A stretch of 16,885 nt of DNA from an uncultured Gemmatimonadales bacterium. GTDB lineage: Bacteria; Gemmatimonadota; Gemmatimonadetes; Gemmatimonadales; GWC2-71-9. How positions within the stretch are numbered: the first letter of the stretch is position 1; each line of letters opens with the position of its first letter. The stretch lies in contig CAWJMT010000017.1 of NCBI GenBank assembly GCA_963844035.1, positions 1 to 16,885 on the forward strand, written 5' to 3'. Under the pieces are notes generated by a model that saw nothing but the letters and a program-made list of their open reading frames with translations, had not been told where the DNA came from and searched no databases. A program made the translations under genes and the position numbers. Shown one piece after another: positions 1 to 7,246 of this stretch.

Positions 1-496
1 GAGTTGGCGAGAATCGTCGCCGGAAATGGCGTTGCCGGGAGAGGCGTTGTCGAGAGAGGCGTTGCCGGATACAGCGTTGGCAAGTTGCCGGAGGATCCCG
101 AGGAGCTCATCAAGCTGCCGGGCGTGGGACGCTACACAGCCGGCGCAGTAGCAAGCTTCGCCTACGAGAAGGCCGTGCCTGCCGTGGATACGAATGTCGC
201 ACGCGTGATCCGGAGAGTGTTTTTCGGAGAACGCCTCACCCCCCAACGCCCCTCCCGGCAACGCCTCACTCGGGAACGCCTCATCCCCCAACGCCTCATC
301 TGGAGCACCGCCGCCACCCTCGTCCCCAAAGACGGCAAGCGAGCCTGGCGCTTCAATCAGGCGATCATGGAGTTCGGAGCGCTGGTCTGCGTCGGCCCGG
401 AAGCCGAAGTGTGGGGAATGTCCGGTGAGGTCGGGTTGCAAGACCGGCGGGCGGCGCGAGAAGCCAGTGCTATCTAAGAAGCGTTCCCGCAAATAG
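1..496 (+). CDS. mutY: A/G-specific adenine glycosylase MutY, 3' part (5'-truncated by window; apparent +1 frameshift at ~394)
   Basis: HhH-GPD motifs LPGVGRYTAGAVASFAY and VDTNVARV, plus NQAIMEFGALVC, in frame 1. Skipping one G at 394 continues as C-VARKPK-C-GE-C-PVRSG-C, the 4Fe-4S Cx6Cx2Cx5C motif, and ends at TAG 494-496. Confidence 0.88.
22..81 (+). repeat. Four degenerate 15-bp tandem units (core GGCGTTG) in frame in mutY
   Basis: ggaaatggcgttgcc / gggagaggcgttgtc / gagagaggcgttgcc / ggatacagcgttggc, encoding GNGVA GRGVV ERGVA GYSVG. Confidence 0.85.
226..300 (+). repeat. Five degenerate 15-bp tandem units (core AACGCC) in frame in mutY, inverted relative to the 22-81 array
   Basis: ggagaacgcctcacc / ccccaacgcccctcc / cggcaacgcctcact / cgggaacgcctcatc / ccccaacgcctcatc. 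Positions 256-267 are the exact reverse complement of 56-67. Confidence 0.9.
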
Positions 497-922
497 CGCG
501 ATGAGCCCCAGACAGCCGCCGATCGTCGCGACGATGGCCTGGCGTTTCCGGAGGGCGAAGAAGACCGGCGGCAGCTCGCCGCGGGAGTCGACCTCGAGTC
601 GCGCTAGCCGCGCCGCCGTCGGCACGCTGATCGCGACCGTCGTGAGGGCCCCCAGCAGACCCGCCCCCATCATGGCGTTCAACCATCCCGGCATCATCCC
701 CGATTTCATGTACGCCATGCTCAGCATGATCCCCGACAAGACCACGCCCAGTGCCCCCGGTCCGACCAGCATCCGCTGCACCGCGCCGATGAGCTTGTAG
801 GCCATGAGCCGCTCCGCTGGTGCGAACCCTTTGGCCGTCACGCCCGACACCATCGTGGCGATTCCGCCGCCCAGCCAGAGCGTGAAGCCGAGGATATGGA
901 CCAGCATCCAAAAGCCGTGCAT
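470..922 (-). CDS. Small four-TM membrane protein (DUF2269/CopD-like), 150 aa
   Basis: ATG at 922 is preceded by a GGAGG SD (929-933). MHGFWMLVHILGFTLWLGGG shows the H-x6-W-x-GG first-helix pattern, followed by more hydrophobic segments. Family assignment is tentative. Confidence 0.7.
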   Translation of the reverse strand: MHGFWMLVHILGFTLWLGGGIATMVSGVTAKGFAPAERLMAYKLIGAVQRMLVGPGALGVVLSGIMLSMAYMKSGMMPGWLNAMMGAGLLGALTTVAISVPTAARLARLEVDSRGELPPVFFALRKRQAIVATIGGCLGLIALFAGTLLR

Positions 923-938
923 CAAAAACCTCCAAGAA

Positions 939-1348
939 TCAGGTGACGAGCTCCGGGACCGCTTGCCTGCCGGCGTAAACCCCGCCTCCAGGTCGTGCCA
1001 ATGCTCGATGCGCTCTTCGCCAACCCGCCAGCACCAGAATACGTCGCGCCCGTCGAGCTTACCGTAGAAGTCCACCAGCCCCTGCTCGAACCCCTTGAAC
1101 ACGCAGCCGATCTGCTCGAGCTCTTCGAGATACCGATTGATGTCGCCCGCCACACCCACGATCTCGGCGTGCAGCGCGAGTTGCTCGGCCGACTCACCCC
1201 AGTCGGGCCGCGCCTGGGCCGCGACGTACTCGTAGCGGTAGACGAGGTCGCGCCATTTAGGGTATAGGGCGGTAATGTCCTCAACGATGCGCCGGACGAG
1301 GGGCAGGGTGCGATTCGCGTCCGTTAGAGTGAAATACTTTCGAGGCAT
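939..1348 (-). CDS. DUF2203 family protein (apparent frameshift at ~975-979 near the C-terminus)
   Basis: MPRKYFTLTDANRTLPLVRRIV...GCVFKGFEQGLVDF...CWRVGEERIEHWHDLEAGF. The family-type ending AGRQAVPELVT-stop (TGA 941-939) lies in a shifted frame. Confidence 0.85.
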
Positions 1349-1356
1349 GCGGAAAG

Positions 1357-1532
1357 CTAGACGCGGGGACAGCAAAGACGCACGGGCTAGACGGCCAGCG
1401 GTCAACACAACTGCGGGGCAGACGCAAAGACTAGACGCACAGACGCGTAGCGGTGAACAGCGCTGAGTCAGTAGGGTGATCCTCCAACTAGCAACTGTTC
1501 ACCACTGTGCGTCTACGCGCCTATGCGACTAG
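1357..1532. repeat. Degenerate AGACGC / TAGRCG octamer-like repeats forming a long imperfect inverted repeat
   Basis: AGACG(C) occurs at 1359, 1376, 1389, 1420, 1433 and 1441. Segment 1432-1442 (tagacgcacag) is the reverse complement of 1505-1515, and ggtgaacag (1452-1460) pairs with ctgttcacc (1495-1503). Confidence 0.8.
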
Positions 1533-2423
1533 AGTCGCCATTGCCTGTTTCGTCATCCTGTATCCTGCTTCGCAGTGTCTGTCCGCTTGTCCTACTGCGA
1601 ACGTCGCCTCCTTTTCAGCGACAGCTCTCACTACCACTAGCCTTGGGGCGTTTGTTGGCCATGCCGCAATCGCTCGTTCCGTCTGCGCCGCCATCATGAC
1701 CCGTTCCGCCTCGCCATGCGCGCGTATCAGCGGTGGCGCGGGTGACCGCACGCCCGGCGGTATCGTCTCGTCGTACCCCGGCCCCACGTGCACCGCCACC
1801 ACCGCGTCCACCGCGCCCGCCGCGAGTCCCGCCACGGCCGGAAGAGCCAACACCGCGCGGAGCCCACCCTCGGCGAGCCGCCGGCCTTCGATCACCGCGG
1901 GCGGAAAATAGAGCGGCATGGCGCACGACGCGTACAGCACCTCTTGCAGGGGCGCGACGGTCCCTGCGGTGACGATGGGTCCCCCCTCTCCACGTGGTGG
2001 AGTGGGGGTCAGGGGATGAGCACCACTCCCGAAAAGCACCAATTCCCCCGAGTCGAGGTCTGTGGTCGTAACGGTGAGTGGGATCTTCAGGTCGTCAAAC
2101 CGCGTCGCGGGTACCAGACGCGCGATCGTCTGCTTGACGCCACGCGGGTCGAACAGGCTCGACGCGAACATGCCCTTGAGGAGGGTCGTCACGCGGACCG
2201 AGGCGAAGTCTTTTGCGGTGAGCGACTGCGCCGTGCGCATCAGGTCGTCCACGGTCGACCCAGCCGACAGCGCAGCGCCGATCACGGCGCCAAACGACGT
2301 GCCGCTGATTTGGGTGATGTGCGCGCCGCGCTCCTGAAGCGCCCTCCAGGCACCCAAATGCGCGAGCGCTTTCGCCCCGCCGCCGCCCAGTACGAGGGCG
2401 ATCTTCAATTCCGCACTCCACAC
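1521..2423 (-). CDS. Patatin-like phospholipase family protein (start may be TTG 2408)
   Basis: ALVLGGGGAKALAHLG oxyanion motif, GTSFG nucleophile elbow and ASCAMPLYFPP. The usual DGG motif reads EGG. Confidence 0.9.
   Translation of the reverse strand: MWSAELKIALVLGGGGAKALAHLGAWRALQERGAHITQISGTSFGAVIGAALSAGSTVDDLMRTAQSLTAKDFASVRVTTLLKGMFASSLFDPRGVKQTIARLVPATRFDDLKIPLTVTTTDLDSGELVLFGSGAHPLTPTPPRGEGGPIVTAGTVAPLQEVLYASCAMPLYFPPAVIEGRRLAEGGLRAVLALPAVAGLAAGAVDAVVAVHVGPGYDETIPPGVRSPAPPLIRAHGEAERVMMAAQTERAIAAWPTNAPRLVVVRAVAEKEATFAVGQADRHCEAGYRMTKQAMATLVA
1981..2015. repeat. GC-rich palindromic (REP-like) element in frame in the patatin gene
   Basis: ccccc-t-ctccac-gtg-gtggag-t-ggggg hairpin followed by tcagggg. 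It encodes PLTPTPPRGEGG in a loop. Confidence 0.6.
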
Positions 2424-2428
2424 TCCGC
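2408..2428. repeat. Three 7-bp tandem units AYTCCRC
   Basis: ATTCCGC ACTCCAC ACTCCGC at the thioesterase-patatin junction. Confidence 0.65.
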
Positions 2429-2436
2429 GTTAGGGC

Positions 2437-2922
2437 TCACTCACCCAGCCCGCGGTCGTACCGGCGATCCATGACGCGCGTGGCGCGCCGCTTGGCCGCC
2501 CGGTCGTAGCGCCGCTTCTCATCCGGCGTCTCGGGCTCGATCGGCGGCACCTGCGTCGGGTGGCCTTGATCGTCCAACGCGACGTAGGTGATGTAGCAGG
2601 AGTTGGTGTGGCGCCGCTCGCCGGTGAGCACGTTCTCGGCGATCACCTTGACCCCGACCTCCATGGACGAGTGGCCCGTGAAGTTCACGCGCGCCATCGC
2701 CGTCACCAGCTCGCCGATGCGGATCGGCTCGCGGAAGTTCACCTTGTCCACCGACACCGTGACGCACGGCCGGCGCGCGTGGCGGATGGCTGCCACGCCG
2801 CCCGCGCGGTCTACGAGCGACAAGACCACGCCACCGAACACGTTGCCCATGATGTTCGCGTGTTGCGGCGTCATCACCTCCGACATCACCGATTCCGATT
2901 CACGCGGATGGCGCCCCTGCAT
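2437..2922 (-). CDS. Acyl-CoA thioesterase (HotDog fold, YciA-like)
   Basis: HANIMGNVFGGVVLSLVD, CVTVSVDKVNFREPIRIGELV, VNFTGHSSMEVGVKV and YVALDDQGHP. Confidence 0.93.
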   Translation of the reverse strand: MQGRHPRESESVMSEVMTPQHANIMGNVFGGVVLSLVDRAGGVAAIRHARRPCVTVSVDKVNFREPIRIGELVTAMARVNFTGHSSMEVGVKVIAENVLTGERRHTNSCYITYVALDDQGHPTQVPPIEPETPDEKRRYDRAAKRRATRVMDRRYDRGLGE

Positions 2923-2953
2923 CAGTTAGTCCGGTTGAGAGGTTGTGAGGAAC

Positions 2954-4744
2954 CTAATAGTCCACCGGCCGCAGGTAGAACTCGCCAATCGCCGTCTGCG
3001 ACATCACGGCGACGGTCGGGAGCCGCCGCTTCCAGTGAGTGGACTCGAGACGGCCCCGCACCAGATCGACCTCGGCGCGGGTGAACCCCCGCGCGACGAC
3101 GTCCTCCGGTCCGAAGCCGCGGATCAGATAGTAGAGTATCCGGTCGGCCTTGGCGTAGGAAATGCCGAAGTCGCCTTCGTCGGTCTGGCCATGTATCAGG
3201 TCGGCGGTTGCGGGCTTGGAGACGATCACCTCAGGCACACCCACGTGCCGGGCCAGCGCCCACACCTGCGTCTTGAACAGGTCTCCCAGGGGATTCACGG
3301 GCGGCGTGTCGTCGGCGTGCCAGGTAAAGTAGCCGAGCAGCCGCTCGGACTTGTTTCCTGTGCCGAGCGGCAAGGCGCGGTGTTTGGCGGAGAGATCGAA
3401 CAGCGTGATCATCCGCTCGCGCGCCATCACGTTGCCCTTGCGGGCCGCATCCGCGTCGCCGACCGCTTTCAGGTACGCATCCACCGTTTCACTGATGTCC
3501 ACCGTCAGCGACTGGATGCCCAGCTTGTCGATCACGAGCTGCGCGTGTTCCAGGCTCTCGGAGCTCGAGGTGCGATAGGGGATCCGCACTGCAATCACGT
3601 TTGCGGCTCCCAGTGCCTCCGCAGCCAGGAACGCCGTGAGCGCCGAGTCCACGCCGCCCGACAGCCCCACGATCCCCTTGGTGAACCCGCGGCGCCCGAC
3701 GACTTCATCCTTGAGGAAACTCACGAGCCAGCGACGGGCAAGCTCGGGGTCGATCGCCAGCGGGTCGTGTTCGGGGACGCGGGATGCGGGACGCGGGACG
3801 GGTTTCTTCGCGCCATCCCGCGCGGCGTCGAATTTCACCTTGCCTGCCTTACCCTTCCCCCTTCCCGCTTCCCCCTTCCCCAGTTTCTTGACCAGATCGG
3901 GCAACACACCGCGCAGGTCGGCGAGCAGCGGCGCTTCCGCGCGCGCGCCGGTGATCTCGTCGAGATTCAGGTCCGCGGTGACGATCGCCTCCTCGAACAG
4001 CGGGCCCCGCACCTCGATGTTCCCCGCCGGTCCCACCACGACCGAACCGCCCGGGAACCCCTTGCCGCCCTCGAAGCCGACCAGGCTCGCGTACACCACG
4101 TAGACGCCGTGCTCCTCGGCGATGCCGCGCACGGTCCGCTCCCAGCGCGCGACGCTGTCCGGTAGCCCGAGCGCTTCCCGATCGGAGCCGGTCCCGCGCG
4201 CCGGGGACGCGCTCGGCACGATGATGACCTGCGCGCCATCGAGTGCCGCGAGCGTGGCGGTGAGCGAGTGCCACGCGTCCTCGCAAATCAACAGCGCCGC
4301 GCGCCCCCAGCGCGTGTCGAACGCCTGCACGTCGTGACCGCGCTCCACGAAGCGCTGCTCATCGAACACGCCGTAGGTCGGGAGGAACACTTTGCGGTGC
4401 ACGTGCTTGATGCCGGCCTCCTTGCCGCCCAGCGTGGCGTACAGGGAGGAGTTGTAGAAGTGGTTCTGAAACACCTCGTAGAATCCGACCGCCACGTCGA
4501 TCGGCCGCGTGTCGCTCGACCCGCGGGCGACCTCGAGGTCGCGGAACAACGTCCCCGCCGTCACGGCGACCTCACGCACGCCGCCCTCGACGAAATAGCC
4601 CGACGTAGCGGCTTCGGGAAAGACGACCAGATCGACCGGTGGCTCGAGCTTCGCGACCTGCTCCAGCACCGCGCCCATCCGCTGCAGGTTGGCGGCGTAT
4701 TCACCCTTGGTGGGGCGGACTTGAGCGATGGCAAGGCGAAGCAT
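2954..4744 (-). CDS. nadE: Glutamine-dependent NAD+ synthetase (nitrilase-type glutaminase plus synthetase domain)
   Basis: N-terminal E-K-C triad (FPEAATSGY, HRKVFLPTYGVFDE, ICEDAW). C-terminal GLSGGVDS, GNVMARERM, GTGNKSE, NPLGDLFKTQV and PATADL...QTDE. Confidence 0.95.
   Translation of the reverse strand: MLRLAIAQVRPTKGEYAANLQRMGAVLEQVAKLEPPVDLVVFPEAATSGYFVEGGVREVAVTAGTLFRDLEVARGSSDTRPIDVAVGFYEVFQNHFYNSSLYATLGGKEAGIKHVHRKVFLPTYGVFDEQRFVERGHDVQAFDTRWGRAALLICEDAWHSLTATLAALDGAQVIIVPSASPARGTGSDREALGLPDSVARWERTVRGIAEEHGVYVVYASLVGFEGGKGFPGGSVVVGPAGNIEVRGPLFEEAIVTADLNLDEITGARAEAPLLADLRGVLPDLVKKLGKGEAGRGKGKAGKVKFDAARDGAKKPVPRPASRVPEHDPLAIDPELARRWLVSFLKDEVVGRRGFTKGIVGLSGGVDSALTAFLAAEALGAANVIAVRIPYRTSSSESLEHAQLVIDKLGIQSLTVDISETVDAYLKAVGDADAARKGNVMARERMITLFDLSAKHRALPLGTGNKSERLLGYFTWHADDTPPVNPLGDLFKTQVWALARHVGVPEVIVSKPATADLIHGQTDEGDFGISYAKADRILYYLIRGFGPEDVVARGFTRAEVDLVRGRLESTHWKRRLPTVAVMSQTAIGEFYLRPVDY
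3774..3801. repeat. Four 7-bp tandem units GGGAYGC within the nadE interdomain linker
   Basis: GGGACGC GGGATGC GGGACGC GGGACGG, encoding PVPRPASRVP on the minus strand. Confidence 0.85.
3854..3881. repeat. Four 7-bp tandem units CTTCCCS within the nadE interdomain linker
   Basis: CTTCCCC CTTCCCG CTTCCCC CTTCCCC, encoding GKGEAGRGK on the minus strand. Confidence 0.85.
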
Positions 4745-4754
4745 GGGGAAAAGA

Positions 4755-4824
4755 TAGGCGGTTAGACGGTTAGGCGGTTAGCACATCGGTGGCTCCTACC
4801 CGCCCGCGCCGCCTACCCGCCTAG
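4755..4824. repeat. Inverted pair of 8-bp repeat arrays in the nadE/crcB divergent gap
   Basis: TAGGCGGT TAGACGGT TAGGCGGT TAG (4755-4781) faces CTACCCGC CCGCGCCGC CTACCCGC CTAG (4796-4824). Confidence 0.85.
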
Positions 4825-4835
4825 CTTCTCGCGCC

Positions 4836-5210
4836 ATGATCGCCTACATCACACTAGGTGGCGTTGTCGGTACGTTGGCGCGCTACTTCCTCCAGGGCTG
4901 GGTCCAGCAACGTTCCGGCCTTGTGACCTTTCCCATGGGCACCCTCGCCATCAACCTGGTTGGCTCATTCATCCTCGGCGTGGTGATCCGCCTTGCCACC
5001 GGCTCCACGTTGATCAGTCCGGACCTGCGGGGCGGGCTCACAATCGGCTTCTGCGGAGCATTCACGACGATGAGCACGTTCAGCTACGAGAGCATGAAGC
5101 TGCTTGCGGATGGGGAGTACGGATACGCGGGGCTGTACATGGGCGGCACGATGCTGGGATGCCTGGCGGCGGTGATCATGGGCACGCAGCTCGCGGAGAA
5201 GCTGCTTTGA
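4836..5210 (+). CDS. crcB: Fluoride efflux channel CrcB/FluC
   Basis: GGVVGTLARY, FPMGTLAINLVGSF and GFCGAFTTMSTFSYE; 124 aa with four hydrophobic helices. Confidence 0.96.
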   Translation: MIAYITLGGVVGTLARYFLQGWVQQRSGLVTFPMGTLAINLVGSFILGVVIRLATGSTLISPDLRGGLTIGFCGAFTTMSTFSYESMKLLADGEYGYAGLYMGGTMLGCLAAVIMGTQLAEKLL

Positions 5211-5216
5211 AACGCG

Positions 5217-5244
5217 GACACCTGACACCCGACACCTGACACCT
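5217..5244. repeat. Four 7-bp tandem units GACACCY
   Basis: GACACCT GACACCC GACACCT GACACCT, immediately before the GGAG SD (5245-5248) of the DUF190 gene. Confidence 0.9.
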
Positions 5245-5253
5245 GGAGTCCCC

Positions 5254-5646
5254 ATGCCCCATAGCTTCAAGGGTGAGCGCACCCTGATGCGCATTTTCAT
5301 CGGCGAGAGCGACAAGTACCACGGCAAGCCGTTGTACGAAGCGCTGGTCGAGACGCTCCGGGCGAAAGGGCTCGCGGGTGCCACCGTGCTGCGCGGCGTG
5401 GCGGGGTTCGGGGCCAGCAGCACCGTGCATACGGACAAGATCCTGCGATTGTCGCTCGACCTGCCGCTCATCATTGAGATCGTCGAGACCGAGGAAGCGA
5501 TCCAGTCGATCCTCCCGGATCTCGAGGAGATGATCGGGGGCGGCCTCATCACGCTCGAACGGGCGCGCGTGATCATGTACCGTCCCGCAAACGTGCAACC
5601 GAGCCAGCGCGAGCATCACCGAATCGAGGGGCTGAAGCCAGAATAG
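5254..5646 (+). CDS. DUF190 family PII-like protein
   Basis: LMRIFIGESDKYHGKPLYE...GLAGATVLRGVAGFG...LSLDLPLIIEIVE; typical position downstream of crcB. Confidence 0.93.
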   Translation: MPHSFKGERTLMRIFIGESDKYHGKPLYEALVETLRAKGLAGATVLRGVAGFGASSTVHTDKILRLSLDLPLIIEIVETEEAIQSILPDLEEMIGGGLITLERARVIMYRPANVQPSQREHHRIEGLKPE

Positions 5647-5648
5647 AA

Positions 5649-5681
5649 ATCGGGAGGCCGGTACTGCACCGACCTCCCGAT
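5649..5681. terminator. Hairpin between convergent genes, probable intrinsic terminator
   Basis: atcgggaggccggt-actgc-accgacctcccgat is a 14-bp stem with one mismatch (G-U on the minus strand). A short T-rich tail follows on the minus strand. Confidence 0.7.
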
Positions 5682-5709
5682 CCTCGCTCTTGGCTTGCTG
5701 GTCTAGCGG

Positions 5710-7182
5710 CTAATGCCGTCTGCCGCCGCCCCGCCATTCGAAGGGCGACTGCCTCCACCACCGCCACCGCCACCACCGCCGCGACTGCCGCTGAACCCAC
5801 CGCCGCCGCCGCCGCCCCCACCACCGCGACTACCGCTCCAGCCGCCACCGCCGCCCGCCGCCGCCTCGACGGCCGCCGCCATCGCCACCGCTGGCACGCG
5901 GGGAACCGGATCCCGATGAACGCCCCGATGAACGCGGCGCCGCTTCAGGCGATCCCCCTCGACGCGAGCCACCCGACGGTGCGCTCCGAGCAGAGGGTGC
6001 AGAACCACCGCTACGCTCACCCCGCGGCGCGGCGCTCGACCGTCCACTGCTAGAAGGCCGCGCGTACCCGCCGTCGCGGTAACCCCGCGAGCTCGTGCCC
6101 GATACCCTGGAGCCGACTCGCCCAGCCATGGACCCGCGATTGGCCCCCACGTAAGTGCGATTGGGGATCACAACGCGACGCCCGCCGCTCGCAACCCGCA
6201 CCCCTGAGTAGGACCGCGAGCCGCCCCACGACCCAGAGTTCCTGAACGCGTAGGTCCCTCGCCCGGACTGGGTGCGGAACCCAGCAGCCACGCCCACGTA
6301 CCCGGCGTTCCGATTCCTGTATGGGGTGTAACCGTAACGGCCGGAACCGTTGCCGCCGTAACCATTGCCGCCGTACGCGTAGGTGTGGCCGTACCGACCG
6401 AATCCCCACGGACGGTAGCCGTACCCGTAGTTGTGGTACCCGTACCCATAGTAGCCATATGGGCGATACCGATAGCCGACGTAGTAGGGAGGGTAGTAGT
6501 ACGGGCCGCATCCCCATGCGCTCCAGTACGCGTCGCAGAAGGCGCCGACGCCACCGTACCAGTACGGCCACGGGGTGCCCAACACAACGGCGACGCTCGA
6601 CCCGCCGTAAACCGGCGCAGCCGGGGCCTCGACTGTCGTGTCTGGCGCGTCGTCATTGTACGCGGTGGTCGACTGCACGGTGTAAGTGCCGACGTCGTAG
6701 TCGAAGGCGGCGTCCGCCGCACCGGAAACGATGGTGACGAGACTAGCCTCGTGGTCGGCGCTACTGTCTTGCACGCCGAGTGCGCTGAGATTCCAATGGT
6801 CACCGGTCACCAACGCGTCGAACGTGAACGGCGTTGCCGACCAGGCGGCGAGCACCGTTCCGGTCCCCGCGGCGTCAGCCGTGAACGCCTCGCGATCGGC
6901 ACCATCCTGGAGCTCGATCTTCTTGCCGCCCGGCACGAACTGGTCATCGCTCGGGGCGAGCGGGAAGAGCACCCGCACCTGGCCCGCTGCGTCAACCCGG
7001 AGCACCAGCACGTAGCCGTCCTGCGCGGTTTGGACAAACACCTGCGCCTGCTCGCCGGCAGTGAACGTGCTGTTCAGCCAAAGCTGGATGGGAGGATCAT
7101 CTGATTGCGCGACGGGAAGCGGGCGTGCCGCATACCCAACGGGCATCGACGTGGAGAGAGCGAGTGCAAGCGCGAGCAACAT
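5710..7182 (-). CDS. Exported DUF4384-domain protein with Tyr/Gly-rich and Arg/Ser/Gly low-complexity tail (annotated ORF 5830-7182; two probable compensating indels near the 3' end)
   Basis: AAGGAGG SD at 7187-7193 and a hydrophobic N-terminus. DUF4384-like segment FTAGEQAQVFVQTAQDGYVLVLRVDAAGQVRVLFP. Poly-Gly continues in a shifted frame after ~5855 and returns to the start frame at ~5731, ending GGGRRH-stop (TAG 5712-5710). Confidence 0.75.
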
Positions 7183-7230
7183 GAGACCTCCTTGATACTA
7201 CGGGAACGGTACCCAGGCACCCCCCCCTAG

Positions 7231-7246
7231 TACAAGAACTGTGCCC
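7231..7246 (-). promoter_or_regulatory. Candidate sigma54 -24/-12 promoter for the DUF4384 gene
   Basis: Minus strand GGGCACAGTTCTTGTA versus consensus TGGCACG-N4-TTGCW. Spacing is correct, but the -12 position has GT instead of GC. Confidence 0.45.

Noticed and set aside
470..1408. 312-aa ORF appearing as a novel DUF2203-membrane protein fusion
   Set aside because: The family-type DUF2203 ending (AGRQ...stop at 939) is in a shifted frame, and the membrane part has its own GGAGG SD and ATG at 922. A frameshift artefact explains the fusion better.
22..1532. CRISPR array interpretation of the repeats
   Set aside because: Units are 7-15 bp, degenerate and directly tandem with no unique spacers, and there are no cas genes.
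2945..4165. 406-aa plus-strand ORF and other long antisense ORFs (for example 8554-9405, 6385-7104, 1788-2474)
   Set aside because: These are shadow ORFs opposite well-supported genes in high-GC DNA, with no recognisable motifs.
4745..4835. Fluoride riboswitch upstream of crcB
   Set aside because: GGCTCCTAC (4791-4799) resembles the 3' end, but the 5' GGCGATGG...CGCC stem and pseudoknot partner are not present. A cmsearch with the Rfam crcB model would settle it.
5713..5919. Poly-proline ORF on the plus strand
   Set aside because: It is the antisense reading of the poly-Gly tail of the DUF4384 gene.
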